A stretch of 64,000 nt of DNA from Trichoplax adhaerens. Taxonomy: Eukaryota; Animalia; Placozoa. The position numbers were made by a program, and so were the translations under genes. A model generated the notes under the pieces. The model was given only the letters and a program-made list of their open reading frames with translations. It was not told the origin of the DNA and searched no databases. The stretch is from the NCBI RefSeq assembly GCF_000150275.1, contig NW_002060968.1:467788-531787 (forward strand). Reading direction: 5' to 3'. Shown one piece after another: positions 11,947-26,214 of the stretch (its first letter is position 1; the number at the start of each line of letters is the position of its first letter).

Positions 11947-14900
11947 GGTTTTTGTTTTTCGAAATAGGTGTCAGAACAATATCAATCCTTGATAAAAGAT
12001 AACTTTTCTTACTAAAGAGTTAGAAAAGTTTATGTCTTAGTAGAAATCGCGGTAGATATGGCTTCTTCGATAGCACTTATTTATATGCGAGATTCACAAT
12101 ATCGCTGAATGTAGAAAAGAAGATTTCAAAGTGGTGTTGATTCCTAGTCAGATACAGATACCTTTATGGTAAGCTTGATTAGTAAACTTAGAACGGTGGG
12201 CCAAATTTCTGGTAGCAACTAATTTTTAAATCGTTAATTGAGAATCAAATCCAATTTTTGCTTGTAAACCAATAATTTTCATGATAGTAATGAACCAAGC
12301 AATATGTTACCAGATTGAGCGGTCATTCTAAACGAAGAAATCAACAGGGGAGAATAAATTAAATCAATCTAATTGTATCCTTTTACACACCTCGAAGCTA
12401 TAGCGACTGAATACTAAAGAACACCTATTTATTGTATTATGCTACGCTTGGGAGTATTGTTGACTTGATTATTCAGGTATTGAGATCAAAAGGATAGACA
12501 GAAGAAAACTCTTTGCTTCGATTATGTTCTATTATACTTCTTATTAGTACATTTTGACAAGAGTATAATTTTATTGGATAGTTTTATCTTTTTACTAGAT
12601 ATTATTTTTCTCTATGTCATAATATTGATTTTGTGAAATTAGATGGATAAGAGTATCTAGCAATTCTTACTTTCAATTCTATTGCTGAAATCATAATCCG
12701 GTTAAAAGTTAGGATTTAGTCACCGATCCTATTTATTTCGCAATTAACTTAATCATTTTTAATATGGTAGTTAATTTTTGTTGCGAAAGGAATCCTGCTA
12801 ATTGGAATGAGAAAAATACTGCAATTTTATTTTGGCAAAAATATTATCTTTGAGCTCGATTCAATAAGGAACGTTTGTTAATTCATCTATTGTAGCCAAG
12901 TAAAGTGCATAAAGAAATTAATTTAATGAGAAAAGAAAATAGTTATAGAAAAATAGTTAGCTAGAATTCTTCTTATTAATTTCCTGTCTCATCGAGCTGC
13001 CGAAGCGAAATTTTAATAATTATAAGTGAATGCTAATTTATACTCTATCCTTAAATATTTTTGATAAATTATTTTCAATATCGTGATAGCTGATTAATAT
13101 TTTACTGTTGTAGCTAAGCCTTTTGATAATTCTTCTGGATTTTGTCAAGAATTATATGAATTTTAAGCACTTCTTATGTAACTGCTACAAAGCATAACAA
13201 ATACGAAGATATATAGAATGCAGTTAAAATTTTTTTTCAGTAAAAAATAAGAAAATATATCAACTTATTATAATTAACTTCCTGTTCTAAAATAATAGTC
13301 TAGGTATTTATCGAGGTGACATTTCTCTTTTGTATGATTTATTTAAAGTACCAAAATTCGATACAGTTGGTCTCCGTTATTTAACTACCGCTTGCTGAAT
13401 ACGGTCTAGCACTTGCCGCATTATATTTATGAACGTAGATATTGCAGCGCTAATTTTTTTCGTCCAGTTCATTTAATAAACAAATCGCAATTATTATACA
13501 ATAAGAGGGGGAAGGGAATCGAATAGAAAACGAGTATTTATTATAATAATTTTGATTATGTACCAGTTATTTCGTTTTAAATTTCTTAAAGTGATGTTGT
13601 AACAGGTTTTCTACTTTAATGTTAAATATTGAACTATTATTTCCAAATATTTCTGATTGATAAATAGAAATATTGATCGTTTTCAAGGTAGTTTACTTAT
13701 ATTTTATTGTGGAAAGTCTTTTGCAAAGGTTACAGCCTTATGCAAATAAGTGCCTGATGGAATGCCTGAGTTCAAGTTATATTATGTCAATTAGGCTGTG
13801 GACATGCATTAAATTAAAATGTGTCTATAGCCATTATAATGAATTAAAATTTATTAAGCTCGCTTTTACTTTCTTTTTGCTTACTCTAGACACTATTTTT
13901 ACTGTAGTACAGATGTATAGCTCATTAAATTAAGATTACTATGACAGTCTTCAAATTTAAAATGCTAATAACCTTGTTTCGTAAATAATTTACTGTTGAA
14001 AATTTTGCTGTATATTGACAGAGATTATGATTTTATTTACTAATTTACTGAAGTGAACTAATCATTAGAGCACATCTTAAAATTTTACAAGTGATTACAC
14101 TAGTGTTTATTGGTAATGAAATTGGCTTAGTGTTTGTTCCTTCTGGCCGCTGATTACTAAAATTTAATTTGAACCATGTAAGTGGATCTCTCGTAGCCCT
14201 ACTACGTATCGGAACTACTCGAAGGAATAGCAACGTACGTTTTCGAATTTTGCTTGCCATAAATGAACTTAACTAATTAATCTCCGTAAATGAACAACAT
14301 CTGGCAGTCGGCATTATGTCTAGAATATGGCCCTAATTTTAATCCGAATTATATGTATCAATACATACTGCGCTTAATTACTGACTATGATACATATGTA
14401 ATGGCTATATTTTAGTTTCGAGAAATTTCTCTTATTTATATAGTACAGAAACATATGTTACCGCATCAATTCCCGATAAATGATTGAATGTTTATGAATA
14501 ATAAGCACGCGTAGGTTAATTGTAATTAATAGCGGAGTCTTGTCGACGCTATTATTGACCAATCGATTATTAAAAACAATTTCTTTTTAATCTTAAGTCG
14601 CTTTATAGGCTAATGCTACGTTACTATTCAGTATAATGTAATGTGACAAAGTTCATACCTTTTTCGACATTCATAACATTACTTAAAGTTCTGATTTTAG
14701 GTAGAATGCCATAAAAGTTTTGTAATTAATTCGTCGATTTTAATGGCAAAAGAATTTAACTTTATTTGAGAATGTATACTTTTCATTGACTGCGGTACCA
14801 GTAGTTTGTTACAGTAGGATGATATATCATCGTATTTATTAGCAACCAAAAAAATGATCGTTGATTAATCATTGCGGTGATCAGATTTCCTCATACTGCA

Positions 14901-17900
14901 ATTGCCATTTCTAATACTCAGTATTTTGAATTTGATTATAACAACAATATAAATGAAAGCCACAAATTTGGTTAGCTGTATCACGTTGCACAGTAGTATG
15001 AGTGCTGTAATTGCTAGAGATTTGTAGCAAAATAAACAAATACATAAAGGGTATAAAATGGAGCATTTTCGATTGTTTGAATGTGTCAGTAAGTGAAAGT
15101 AAAGCGCTTCCTTCTGGCGAATTCTAGATTTAAACAAGGATTTATTAGTCTTTCTCTCTTGCTACGGTTATGTAGCAATATGTAAAGTTTATTGATTATT
15201 CTATACGTTATTCAGCAAAATAGCTAACTGTTTTTTGTTACCAATACAGTAGCATTCCTATATTCCCTACGATATGGGTGTTTTATATTTTAATCAATAA
15301 TCCATCCCAGCAATTTGTATTATTAAAGACAATAATGATGTTTAGAGTCCAATCCTTATTCGAAATTGAAAGTTCTGATACGTTTGCTATATTCTCTAAA
15401 TAATGCCTAAATCCCAAGCTTTTTTAATATATAGCAATCTAAAGCTTTGCAATATTGGATTACAGATTTGCACAAACTGGTAGAATTGATCAATCTTATG
15501 ATTAAGTCTATTATGAGTTAATATTAAATTTTCCAAGTTATAGCAAATAAATAAATAGAATTTACAGTACTGCATCATGTGACTTTCAAATATTAATATA
15601 ATTAAAGTTGATCTTAAATCTTGAATCTATTGTAAAAGAGCAGATAGAATTTGCGATACTGTATCATTAATCCATAAAATTTTAATATAATTTGTTACAT
15701 AGGTGTAAGCTATAAAATTAAATATCGATATTACTGCATTTTAGTGTTCTCTAGGGTTTAATTTTGCTAAATTATTGTTGCCTGCTCTGTAAGACTCGAT
15801 TAGACATATTAAGTCAAACTGGTACTTAAGAATAAATGAATTGCTATGGATATCTTATCATAAAATTAAGTTACTCAAATATGTTAGCTTAACATCATAT
15901 GTAGCTAATCAATGTTTTTACATCTGTGTAATAAATTTAAGGGTTCGACATTAACTTTTTACTGCGGTTTTTCTACATAATATGAAATAATTCTTGACAG
16001 ATTGTTCATAATACAAGACCGTCTTTTTATATGATCGTCGTAATGTTCGCTTAGATTTAAAAAATAATCTTAAAAATTTATTAATTACATTGACGCCATG
16101 ATAGTATAGTTTCAGATATTATTGAATTCTCAACAAGTTCTGTCATGATATCAATGTTTAGAAATTACTCTACTGTTTGATTAATAGTAGGAGTAACAGT
16201 AGATATAAAAGTAGAATTATTGTTTTTGATAAAATTTTGCTTAGAATCATTTCAAAATACACTACAATTGTTGATTTTGAATAAGCTCTAGGTAAAAAAT
16301 AGGATAATGGATTTCAAAATTGCTGATTAATTTTCATTGCGCAATATTCCTGGAAAATTACATTTTTTGCTCTAGAAATTTGCACGTATAAGGCAATAAT
16401 TAAGCAGCTTTCTTTGTTTCAGTAAGTAATTTATTTTTTCTAAATTTTTTAATTTGGGAAAATAGTTGAAGAAGATGTAGTTGAAGTTGATTTAAGTAAG
16501 AGGAAAATGTGCTTTGTATAAATAGATATGAAAATCCAAGCATTAGATATTATGTCGAAAATTTTATCTAGCAAGAAATAAATAATTTAATAAACAGCAC
16601 GTGTAAACTTTGTCTTAATTCTCGCCGCATTCAACTTTCTCTATCCTTACTCTATTTGTTACTGCTTTTAATTTTTTGTTATATTCTAATTGCTCTTATA
16701 TACAGTAGCGAAGATATTGCTTGTAAAAGTTTTGTCATCTTATATTGGTTAGTTTTGATGAGATTGAGTAAAATCTTTTAAGTTCCGAAATATCGCAATG
16801 CTTTTGCTATTAAGAGTTGGAGTCTGACTGTTAGAAAAGTACGGTACTTTATAAACTAAAGTGACCTTAATAAAAATTCGATAGCATCACTCTGTTTGTT
16901 CGCTTAATTTTACCGTAATTGCTCAATGGATTGCTTTTCTGCCATAAGTTTTTAGCATTTGAAAAAACAAATTTCTGATTTTGCTGATAAATCAGTAAGG
17001 AATCTACGTAGCAGCTGTATTAGTATCTATTCTTTTAGATTTAATAATGCAATTAAACAAATCCTCTTCTTTATTTCACTTATGAGTTTATCCAGAAAAA
17101 AATTATTTATAACTGTTCTAATTATAGAATATTTACTTTCAATCTTGATTGATAGAAACAATAGCCTTAAAAATAATAGTACATTGGATTATCAACATCG
17201 TTAACATAAATTCAATCCTATCTTAGAAAAAAGATGCAGAAAGACCTGTTCCGTTATAGCTTTATAATGATTAGGCTACTAGAATAATGCTATACCTCTA
17301 CGATGGTATTTATAAGAACAGTTATTATCGCCAAATAATTTTTTTGGAGACAGAGGAATCTTAAATGCTTGTAATAGCTAACGTAGCCTGATACTCTGCT
17401 GATAGAAACTCTTCAATTGTTCAGATTTACGTAAACCCCTCTGAAATAAGTTAAATATCCAAGTTCCATGACCTACTTCAATGTCACTTAATACATACGA
17501 ATAAATAATTCTATTAACTCTCTAAACGAAAATTTAAGAAGCTGTCTATCCATTATACTGTATCATCCAACAATGGCACTAAACTCTAAATTCACCTATT
17601 AGATCTATTTATCGCAAATCGATCTTTTCAACCAGAAAGTTATTTGGTACCCATGTTTTTAAACTTATTAAGGTTAGACATTAATCTTAGAAATCCATTT
17701 CTTATTCAGTAAATGTCTATTATGACTATTACGAATTCAGTAAAATTTTATATGCAGGAAGTTTGGCAAATCATTATTTGGATATGGTAAAGAAAACAGA
17801 TTAATTCTAGGGTATAAAATTTTGGTAAAATTTAGGGTTAGCTTACTTTACTATATGCATATTTTACTTCAGTATACAATCACACATGTTTATTTTGATG

Positions 17901-20056
17901 TGATTTCAATGCGAAAGTGATCTAATCTAATTAATCACGCATGAGAAGTACCAGTATATCTAGTACATTAGAAAGGTATAACCATCGCTTGTATCACTTA
18001 GCTTAAATATATGAAAATGAAATATATCTTTATTTTCTGATGCTGATCATAACAAGAAAAGGGACAGAAAAAAAAATTTGGATAGCTATGAATCCATAAT
18101 CTCTGATCAAGATTTTTAAATAGGATAGGCATCTTACTGGTGTTTTTCAGTATGGTATCAAGTTAATATAGCAATACTTTATACTGTGCATTCTGTTTGA
18201 AAAATAGATCAATAGAACTAATTTGTTTTAAATTCTAGTTAAATTTGAAAAGAGTTCGTAAATTTAGTAAATTCTTTGAAACAAAAAAGCAGGCATGGAT
18301 CAATCTATTTCTTCCATCATTACGCAATACGGAACACCCTATCGACAGAATTTTCACCTTTACATATATCTTGTTACTATATCACTTTAAAGAAAATCCT
18401 GATAGACGGTTGTTGAGTTGTTAGTTACATGCTTTAGTTGTAGCAAAGATATTAAATCCCTCTAGAGTCAATCTTTACAGCCACAATTTATTAGCTGAGA
18501 ATATAATTAATTCAAGATTACGATGATGACCGTGATAGTACTGGCGATGCAAATATAATAGCATAAGCAAAATAGAAATTGAGTAAGATTTGTGGCCATT
18601 ATTGATGCAAGATTGATAAGATAGTTGCCTACCAGAATCACAAGGTGATAGTGCTACTACTACAAACCAGATTTTAGAAAAATGAATTAAATCCTCATGC
18701 TATTGCGCAGTTATTGCGTAGAAGTAATTAAGATATCCTCGATATCACAATCACTAACTGTTTCTATAAAAATAAATGCAGGAAATTTATTAAATGCTAG
18801 AGGGTGTTGTAAATCTAGTTCACCCTTAAAGGACAGATATTTCTGTAATAACTTTACTAGTTGCATGCTGATTTTGTAATCTCGGAACTATACCGGCATA
18901 TTATAAAATTTCATCCATTATGATGACGCCCTATTAGTTCAAATCCATGTTTACTTGTTTTATGTAGTTTACTAGGAAGTTTAACATCTACTGTATGTCT
19001 ATAATCTACTTTCGATCTCTCAAAAAAGATATTCCCGAGATCATCTTGTTAGCTTTATGTATAGTTGCAATTAATCTAAATGAATCTATTTAGGCCTTGC
19101 AAAAAGTCTATATTTAGCGTCATATTGTGTTAAGATAATTTAATTATGGCTATTGCGTTACGGATAATTGTGAATGATTAGCTTTACATTACTGTAATGA
19201 TAAAACTATAGGTGATGATTAAATACATTTCAATGTCTTGAATTTATCGTGTATGTTTAATTAAAAATGATAATACAGCCAAAACCTTTTATTTGATTAA
19301 GCGAAGCTTATTAAATGAATTATTAATGAACTAAATTGGCACTGTTATTCAAAATAATTAGAACTACTCTTAGAGTACACGATAGCTGTAATATAGGCAA
19401 TAAATGGTAACTTGATGTTGAGGAATTTTCTTATGACTGATATATTGACCAAAATATTCCTCTATTTAATATGGTACCGTTGGTAGCAAAGTGAATTGGT
19501 ATATTGTGTAGTATACGTTACCTAACACTGTCTTTAACAATTTTATATACGCGTAGTTTGATAAGATATTTTAAAATTGCAATCATTCCAATGTAAACAT
19601 ACATGATAGACTTGTAACAGTGAATTCTCTTTTCGAAGATATTTTTCTGTTCAATGCTTTAACTCTATCAACTACTCTGTAGCTGTGTAATTTCACAAAC
19701 ATGCGTAAGATAAAATATTCAAGCTGATCTCTAATCATTTTTACTTAAATTCATAAAGGTTTTTGTTATTAAGATTGTACTACAGCAAGTAAAGCAGAAT
19801 TAATGTAAATGTTTTCTTTACGATAGCGAATGGCAAAGCAAAATTTACTGGATGAAATTCTAGTGACTAACATTCTATAATATTAATAATCAAAATTAAC
19901 TACTCTATCAGGAATAAATAATGAGATTTAAGGATAGCGATAACGATAAGCGTAAATAACCTAATTTGAAAAATTAGTGCTAACATGTCTCGCATATACG
20001 ACAGTATTATCACCACTTGCGTCGTGACAATATTTCAGGAAAATAAATTTGCATGG

Positions 20057-20625
20057 TGTCACGATACGAACCACCGTGAAGATTAAATAACTAAATTTAG
20101 TGTTTAACATTTACGTATGGAGATAACTAATGATGACTTACAGTAAGAACTGCGGTAGTTATTATTTTGTTACAGTATATTATGCTGTATTGTAGTAACA
20201 GTTCGCATAAGGTAACAAATATTAATTGATTATAGTATTATGTCTTGTAATGCTTGTGATGAATATCCAGAAGATATTCAATTACAGATGATACTATACA
20301 TAATTCTGTGTGTGGAAATACCGTAGTCTAACTATTTAGAATCGTCCAGTACATATCCAAAATTATAAATAATTTCTGTATTAATTTAGCTTTCCAATAT
20401 GAGTTAGATTTCATAAACTGTTATGACTCTTACATGATAGCTGCTGCTGAAAGGTATTTCAGATCGATAGATAGTTGAATCAAAGAAGAGTTTTATAGTT
20501 GTTTTAACGTAGAAGCAAAGGCGTGTAAATTCTTGTGAGGTAGTTGGGGGATACTGAATCACGAAGACTATAGTAATTTAGAGTCTTCTTTTTCGTTATC
20601 TTTGTCCCGAAGCTGGTTTGTGACA
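20057..20625 (+). mobile_element. Solo-LTR-like element, family B divergent subtype (569 bp)
   Basis: Starts TGTCACGATACGAACCACCGTGAAG and ends GAAGCTGGTTTGTGACA like 33665-34106; shares TTTAACGTAGAAGCAAAGGCG and GGATACTGAATC blocks; TSD CATGG/CAAGG (one mismatch), suggesting an older insertion. Confidence 0.85.
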
Positions 20626-22863
20626 CAAGGATATAATGTCAAAGCAGAAAATGTCTTTAAAAGTGCTATATAAGAGGAAGTCGGTTAAAATATCAAGATG
20701 TCTCGTCCAATTAATTATTTTTCTTGTTAGATAAAAAAGGTAAATAATGGAACTTTAGCGACTATATTTACCTTAAGTATTTGGTAACTGATCATAAAGT
20801 TTCCAAATCTCCACAAAAATATTTTGGGTAAGATTCGACCAAATTTGCAATTCACGTATCTTTCGAGATAGAGTTTGAGAATGTGATCACTCGTTTTTAA
20901 ATTGTTAGCATTTAAACTCGGATACAGTACTAAAATGCATTATATTCATTATTTTATTATGATTAAGATACATATTGAAAATATAAAATACCTGAGGGAA
21001 TTGATTACTTCCTTGATATTAGATAGGAATGAAACTATTTATGAGATAAAGTATGGTATTACTCCCTTTAAATGATAATTTTAGCTCTTGTTCAAGGTAT
21101 AATTTACTGTTATTCTATAAATAATTAAATTACTGCAACTATAATTTTTTGAAAACAGTTTAGATTTTGGCCGGCTACTAAGTTCGATGATAATTAATAT
21201 TCATGCAAATATCATATTGATATATATTTAACTGCTCACAGATAAATCGTTTGGGACTAAAGATGGTTTCTATTTTCAAAATTGATTAGACTACTGTTAT
21301 TCTCTTCCATTTTAAACATACTAACAATATCATTTCTTTTGAAGTTTTGTGTGGCACAGGTATTCTACAAAGCATAACATTGTTTTGCACCGTTTTTAGT
21401 CCACTGTCATCAAGCTTTCATCAAGAAGGTAAAAAAACTGCTATGGCTTGTATGCTTTAAATGGATTAGCAATAAACAAGCCAAACTCTTTGAATATCGT
21501 GACGTCCAATCAACTGTCATCGAATACCAATCTTAACTCATGAGTTATGTGGCAATTAAAACATGGTCAGCTATTAATTTGATCACCTTTTGACATTATC
21601 TATTTTAATTGAATTATTTTTTACGAGAACTTATTTGTAATGAATGCTTACAATTATTCAATATTAAATTCCTGTTAGCTAACGCTGCAGCTATTTCTCA
21701 TAATTGAATAAATCTTTTCACCATAATCCGGAAAAGCAAGATCTAAACGTCAGCTTGCAGTTACTTTTTTTTTAAAACAAAAATTAAATTGTTTTGCCGT
21801 TTATTTTCCAACAGTCTGTTATCGACCACTTAAAAACGATTTATTGCAGTTTGTTATGAGCAATGTTCAAATTTCTTACGAAACTGACGAAAAATAGTTT
21901 AACATAAATAGACTTTGCATTATGATATTAGAGAATGCAGTCAATTTCCCTTCCACTAATTAATCTTTCATTAAAGAAACTATTTAAGAAAAGTGGTAAA
22001 CGTCAAAATGTTAAGAGTTGCCATTTCCAGAAAGAATGTATTTATCACATTAACAGAAGCTGGAGGCACTATCTGTTATTACGATAAACAGAAAGCTGTA
22101 GGATGCCTTCGAGGTTTGTTCATAATAGTATTTCTATTTCCTTACTTTCAAATAATAACGGATAAAATTATACTGTTCTTTTATTTAACGTATGCTAGAG
22201 TAGAAGCTTATCATGAATTGGCTAGTAAGATATCTTTATATATAAAATGATATTGTAATTCTGATTAATTAAAACATACGATGTAGAGACTACAACGTTA
22301 ATAGTAATAAAATAAATATTCACTTATGATTTCAAATGTTATCATGGCATATCCAAAGTTAAAAGTATTGTTGGTGATATTAAGCTGCTACCAAAATTGT
22401 TACTTAAGGAGCACTCAGAATAATTTATTTAGCCAATATATACAAAATTTAAAAAAAATGATTAATATCAAAAGTTTAATGAATCACTGCATACTAGAGA
22501 ATACTGAATAACGCAGGACATTGCCTATAGCAACTTTAACACCCACGGATGTACGTGATTCAATTTATTCATTTACCAATAATAATTTGAAAGTACTTCC
22601 AGATCATTCTAGTAGCCGAATAGTGTTAGAAGATATTTTCGACTGTTTAATTAATTGTTGGCGTCACCTTTTATGTTACTCTTTACCAAAGAATGAGCGA
22701 TACTGCAATAGCCTTTTAAAGTATTCAAGAATTTCTGAGCTTTCATATCTTTACAATGTTGTTATCAGCGAAATTAAGCGACAGTTGTTTTACATTCGCT
22801 TCAATTATGGAGTAAATGTTATTGTAGTAGATGAGTAGGTTGGATCAGAAAAGAAATGACAAT

Positions 22864-23140
22864 AAATCCAAATCTAGAGCACTTATTATTTAAATTCATC
22901 AATATCTTGTAATGACCTTTAACGTATCATTAATTAGGCAGACCGATAAGAAAGTTACTGCCGATCTTTCTCCAAAATATATCATAGGATTTAATTTCCG
23001 TTTGTTTGAATAATAGGAAGGAGTAATGTAGCTTCAAAATGAAATAAGTACGAATCCAAATCTAGTTTCTTTATTATTTAAATTCATTAATATTCTGGTA
23101 AGACATTTAACTTGTCATTAATTAGACTGTCTGATGAGAA
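22864..23140. repeat. Diverged direct repeat, two copies of about 90 bp, about 190 bp apart
   Basis: AATCCAAATCTAG...TTATTATTTAAATTCAT.AATAT...TTTAAC...TCATTAATTAG at about 22865 and about 23053. Confidence 0.65.
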
Positions 23141-24241
23141 GCTTATTACGAATCTTACTTCAAGATAAAAAAGTTGGATTTTTGCTTACAAAGTATACCT
23201 CGCAGTTTAGCTCTAATTATGCACCTTGGAATGCAGATAAGCCATACCGTGTATCTGGTGAAATATTAAGCACTTTATGTTTATTTTTATTTTCTCCATT
23301 TTTCAATCCTGGATGTAAATTAAGTTACTATTAGAAACAATATCTTTGGTAACCCTACCCAAGTAGGCCAAGCCTTTTCTTTCTTTAATAAAGAATTCCG
23401 CGATTGTTTACATTTTTCTCCATCCAGTTTATATACTGTAATTAAAGAAATAAATACTAGCTTCGAAATACGAGACCTTCAGGATAATAGTATTCGATAA
23501 AAACTGCAACACCCAACCAGTCAGTTTACAGATCGTATCTTTGATTTCAATTGGCTAAAACCACGTTGATAGTGCCAAGTGCCTTTCTCGTATATTCTAG
23601 TAACTTCGATAATGGTTCTTATTTTAACTTGGTAAAACTCTATAGCGTAATCACATTGTATAGAAGCAATGTAAAATAATGGTAGCATACATTAATCTTG
23701 TTAGTATTTTACAAAAGTACACTTAATGAAGATCCCCTTGCTCGATTACAATCTATTTCATTAGGAATCTTAACATCTTAATCGTCCTTACATTTTAAGT
23801 TTAATTTTTCTATGTATATTTGTATGGTAAAAATGGTCTGTTAGAAAATATGTTATATACAGAAGCGGCAAAACTGCTTTATCTTACACTGCCCTTTTTG
23901 CCATATAATATAGTTTTATTTATTTCCATACAAAAATTTCTAATAAATACATGTATGTGGGTATTTCAAAGCTATTTACAATTTTCCAGTAAAAGTTAAA
24001 TTTATGCGTTCGATAGCTTAAGAATATTTCAAAAATAAACTATTTAACCCGTAAGCTATTGTAGCTGTTTAAAATTTCCTAGAACAAGCCCAGGCAATTG
24101 ATGGCATATTCTTCAAAGCGTTCGAGTTCATCAAAGACAAATTACGATATTTTTTTTAATTCGGCTAGTATTGCACTTGAGATGATCTTGTTTTTGTAAA
24201 TTCGAACATTCAGTCTGATATGGCCTAGTAGCGCCCGAATA

Positions 24242-25261
24242 CTACAGCTCGTGTATACTAATCACATTGATGATAGGCGATTTGATTGTCTTATTAGAAG
24301 GAAGAGTTTTGTGATTTCGAGTGATTTTTAACTTGCAGACTGTTTTTCTAATGTCGCTGACTAAGTAACCATACAAAATGGCATTCACTGCTGGGTATGT
24401 AAACGTTAAATAAATTAGAATACTTCGTACTGCCAATGTCGTTGGTGATTCGTCTTCAAGTTGTGGATTTAGTATACTTACTAGACTATCGATATAGAAA
24501 GGAGTCCACATGATAAAATAGGTTACCACAATAATGGCTAATACTTTAGCTGCTTTTAGATGTTTTCGTACTCGAGGCGAAGAGGTCATTACTTGCTCTC
24601 GATGAAGGGATGTTAAACTGAAATTGGGACGATTTTGAATGAAGGACTTTGCAATGCAAAATATTCGATAATAGATGATCGATATTGCAAAGAAGGGAAG
24701 AATAAAAAAAATGATAATCTGTACTAAACTGTAATGAAATTCGTGTGGATTTTGTGGATTCCAAGCAAAGCATTCATTTCTTAAAATTGGACGAAAAGTC
24801 AGTATAGGGATAAAACCAATTAGAGCAGATACAATCCAAATAAAGGCGACGATAATAATTGCATATCTGGGCTTAGAGTAAACATGATATCGTATCGGTG
24901 CTTGCAAAGCGATAAGTTTATCGACACTTACGGCTACTAGATGGAGGTTAATGGAAATAACGATAGCAATAGGAATATTGGATGAAAGATTGCAGTATAA
25001 CCAATTTTCTTCTCCTGAAGTAGGATTACCAACGCTAGGGTATAAGTAGGCTAATGCAAACATAATATCAGCTAAGAACATACCAGCCATAATGACGTTG
25101 GTAACATTTTGCATTTGTTTCTTACTCAATATGATGAGAATATTGAATAAATTAAACAAGACTGTGATGGTAGCAATAGAATTGCCTACAATCACTCGCA
25201 CTATATCTTCTGATGAAAGACTAGAATTAAATTTCGATATTTTATAGCTTTCATTATCCAT
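24242..25261 (-). CDS. Intronless class A (rhodopsin-like) 7TM GPCR, 339 aa from the first ATG; paralog of 10951-11946
   Basis: The ORF track starts at a non-ATG codon (25339); the first in-frame ATG is 25261 (MDNESYK, sequons NES/NSS). Motifs match the paralog: ADIMFALAYLYP, WLYC, ISINLHL.AVS.DKLIA, TFRP, KAAKVLAI, MWTPFY, YPAVNAILYGYL. Confidence 0.95.
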   Translation of the reverse strand: MDNESYKISKFNSSLSSEDIVRVIVGNSIATITVLFNLFNILIILSKKQMQNVTNVIMAGMFLADIMFALAYLYPSVGNPTSGEENWLYCNLSSNIPIAIVISINLHLVAVSVDKLIALQAPIRYHVYSKPRYAIIIVAFIWIVSALIGFIPILTFRPILRNECFAWNPQNPHEFHYSLVQIIIFFILPFFAISIIYYRIFCIAKSFIQNRPNFSLTSLHREQVMTSSPRVRKHLKAAKVLAIIVVTYFIMWTPFYIDSLVSILNPQLEDESPTTLAVRSILIYLTFTYPAVNAILYGYLVSDIRKTVCKLKITRNHKTLPSNKTIKSPIINVISIHEL

Positions 25262-26214
25262 AATGTTCAATAATTTACTTGTGGTGCTAACTTCGGCTGT
25301 AAGTTTAACCGAAATATGAGATGGTACCGTTGTGAACACAGATACTAATGTTGGTCTCGACTTTCAAAATATAAGTAATCTTTGTCAAAAATAATGTCAA
25401 TTACAGCTGGCGGATCTAAATAAGACCATTATTAACTGCTTGTCTTTGTATTTGATCAGTTTATGTCTATTTAAGAAAATAGTAATTATAGATTGCCTCT
25501 AAATATAAAAGAAATCAAGTTATTTTACTAGAATACCTAATGCAAGTATGAATTAAAGTAGATACTAATAGACTATAATATAAAGTCATTTTTAAGAACC
25601 GTTCTTAACCATAACAGATAGTTTCCATATATCCATATTACCATATTTACCAAAGGCAAAGATCGATACTATCAATGTATGCTAACTCGTTTTATTTCAA
25701 TTCATTTAACAATGAGATTATTTCCAATAACAATGATTATTATTATCCATGGCATGTACAGAAAAGTTAATTGACATATTGATTAAATGGCATTACTACT
25801 ACAAACAGAAAAAGTTCATATTGAAAGCAACTTTTGATATTCTCTATAGCAGCATTATAAAATGCAAATAATTTGATTTCATTTATTAAAATGGCATAAT
25901 GCAAATGAAACTGTAGTAACGGTTGTGTTCCTAATGTTATACTGCTGCCATAGTGATCATTGTTAGTAAGCCATTTAAGGGCTAATTTGATTAAGAGCAT
26001 AGGTGGAAATAATTTTTCCCTGATGTACATCAAACAATGATTTAAAATTATGACAATATCAAGTTGAAAATATCACAACGATGTATTAAACCAATTCCTA
26101 AATTTACAAATTTCGAAAAAAATAGCTACTGCATAGAAGACTAAATTTAATTCTGTTAGATTAATATCTTAGGCTTAATGAAAATTAAATGATTAAATTG
26201 AACAAAATAACTAT

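Noticed and set aside
25262-25339. N-terminal extension of GPCR 2 given in the ORF track
   Set aside because: It begins at a non-ATG codon; ATG 25261 gives an N-terminus matching the paralog. An upstream coding exon cannot be fully excluded.
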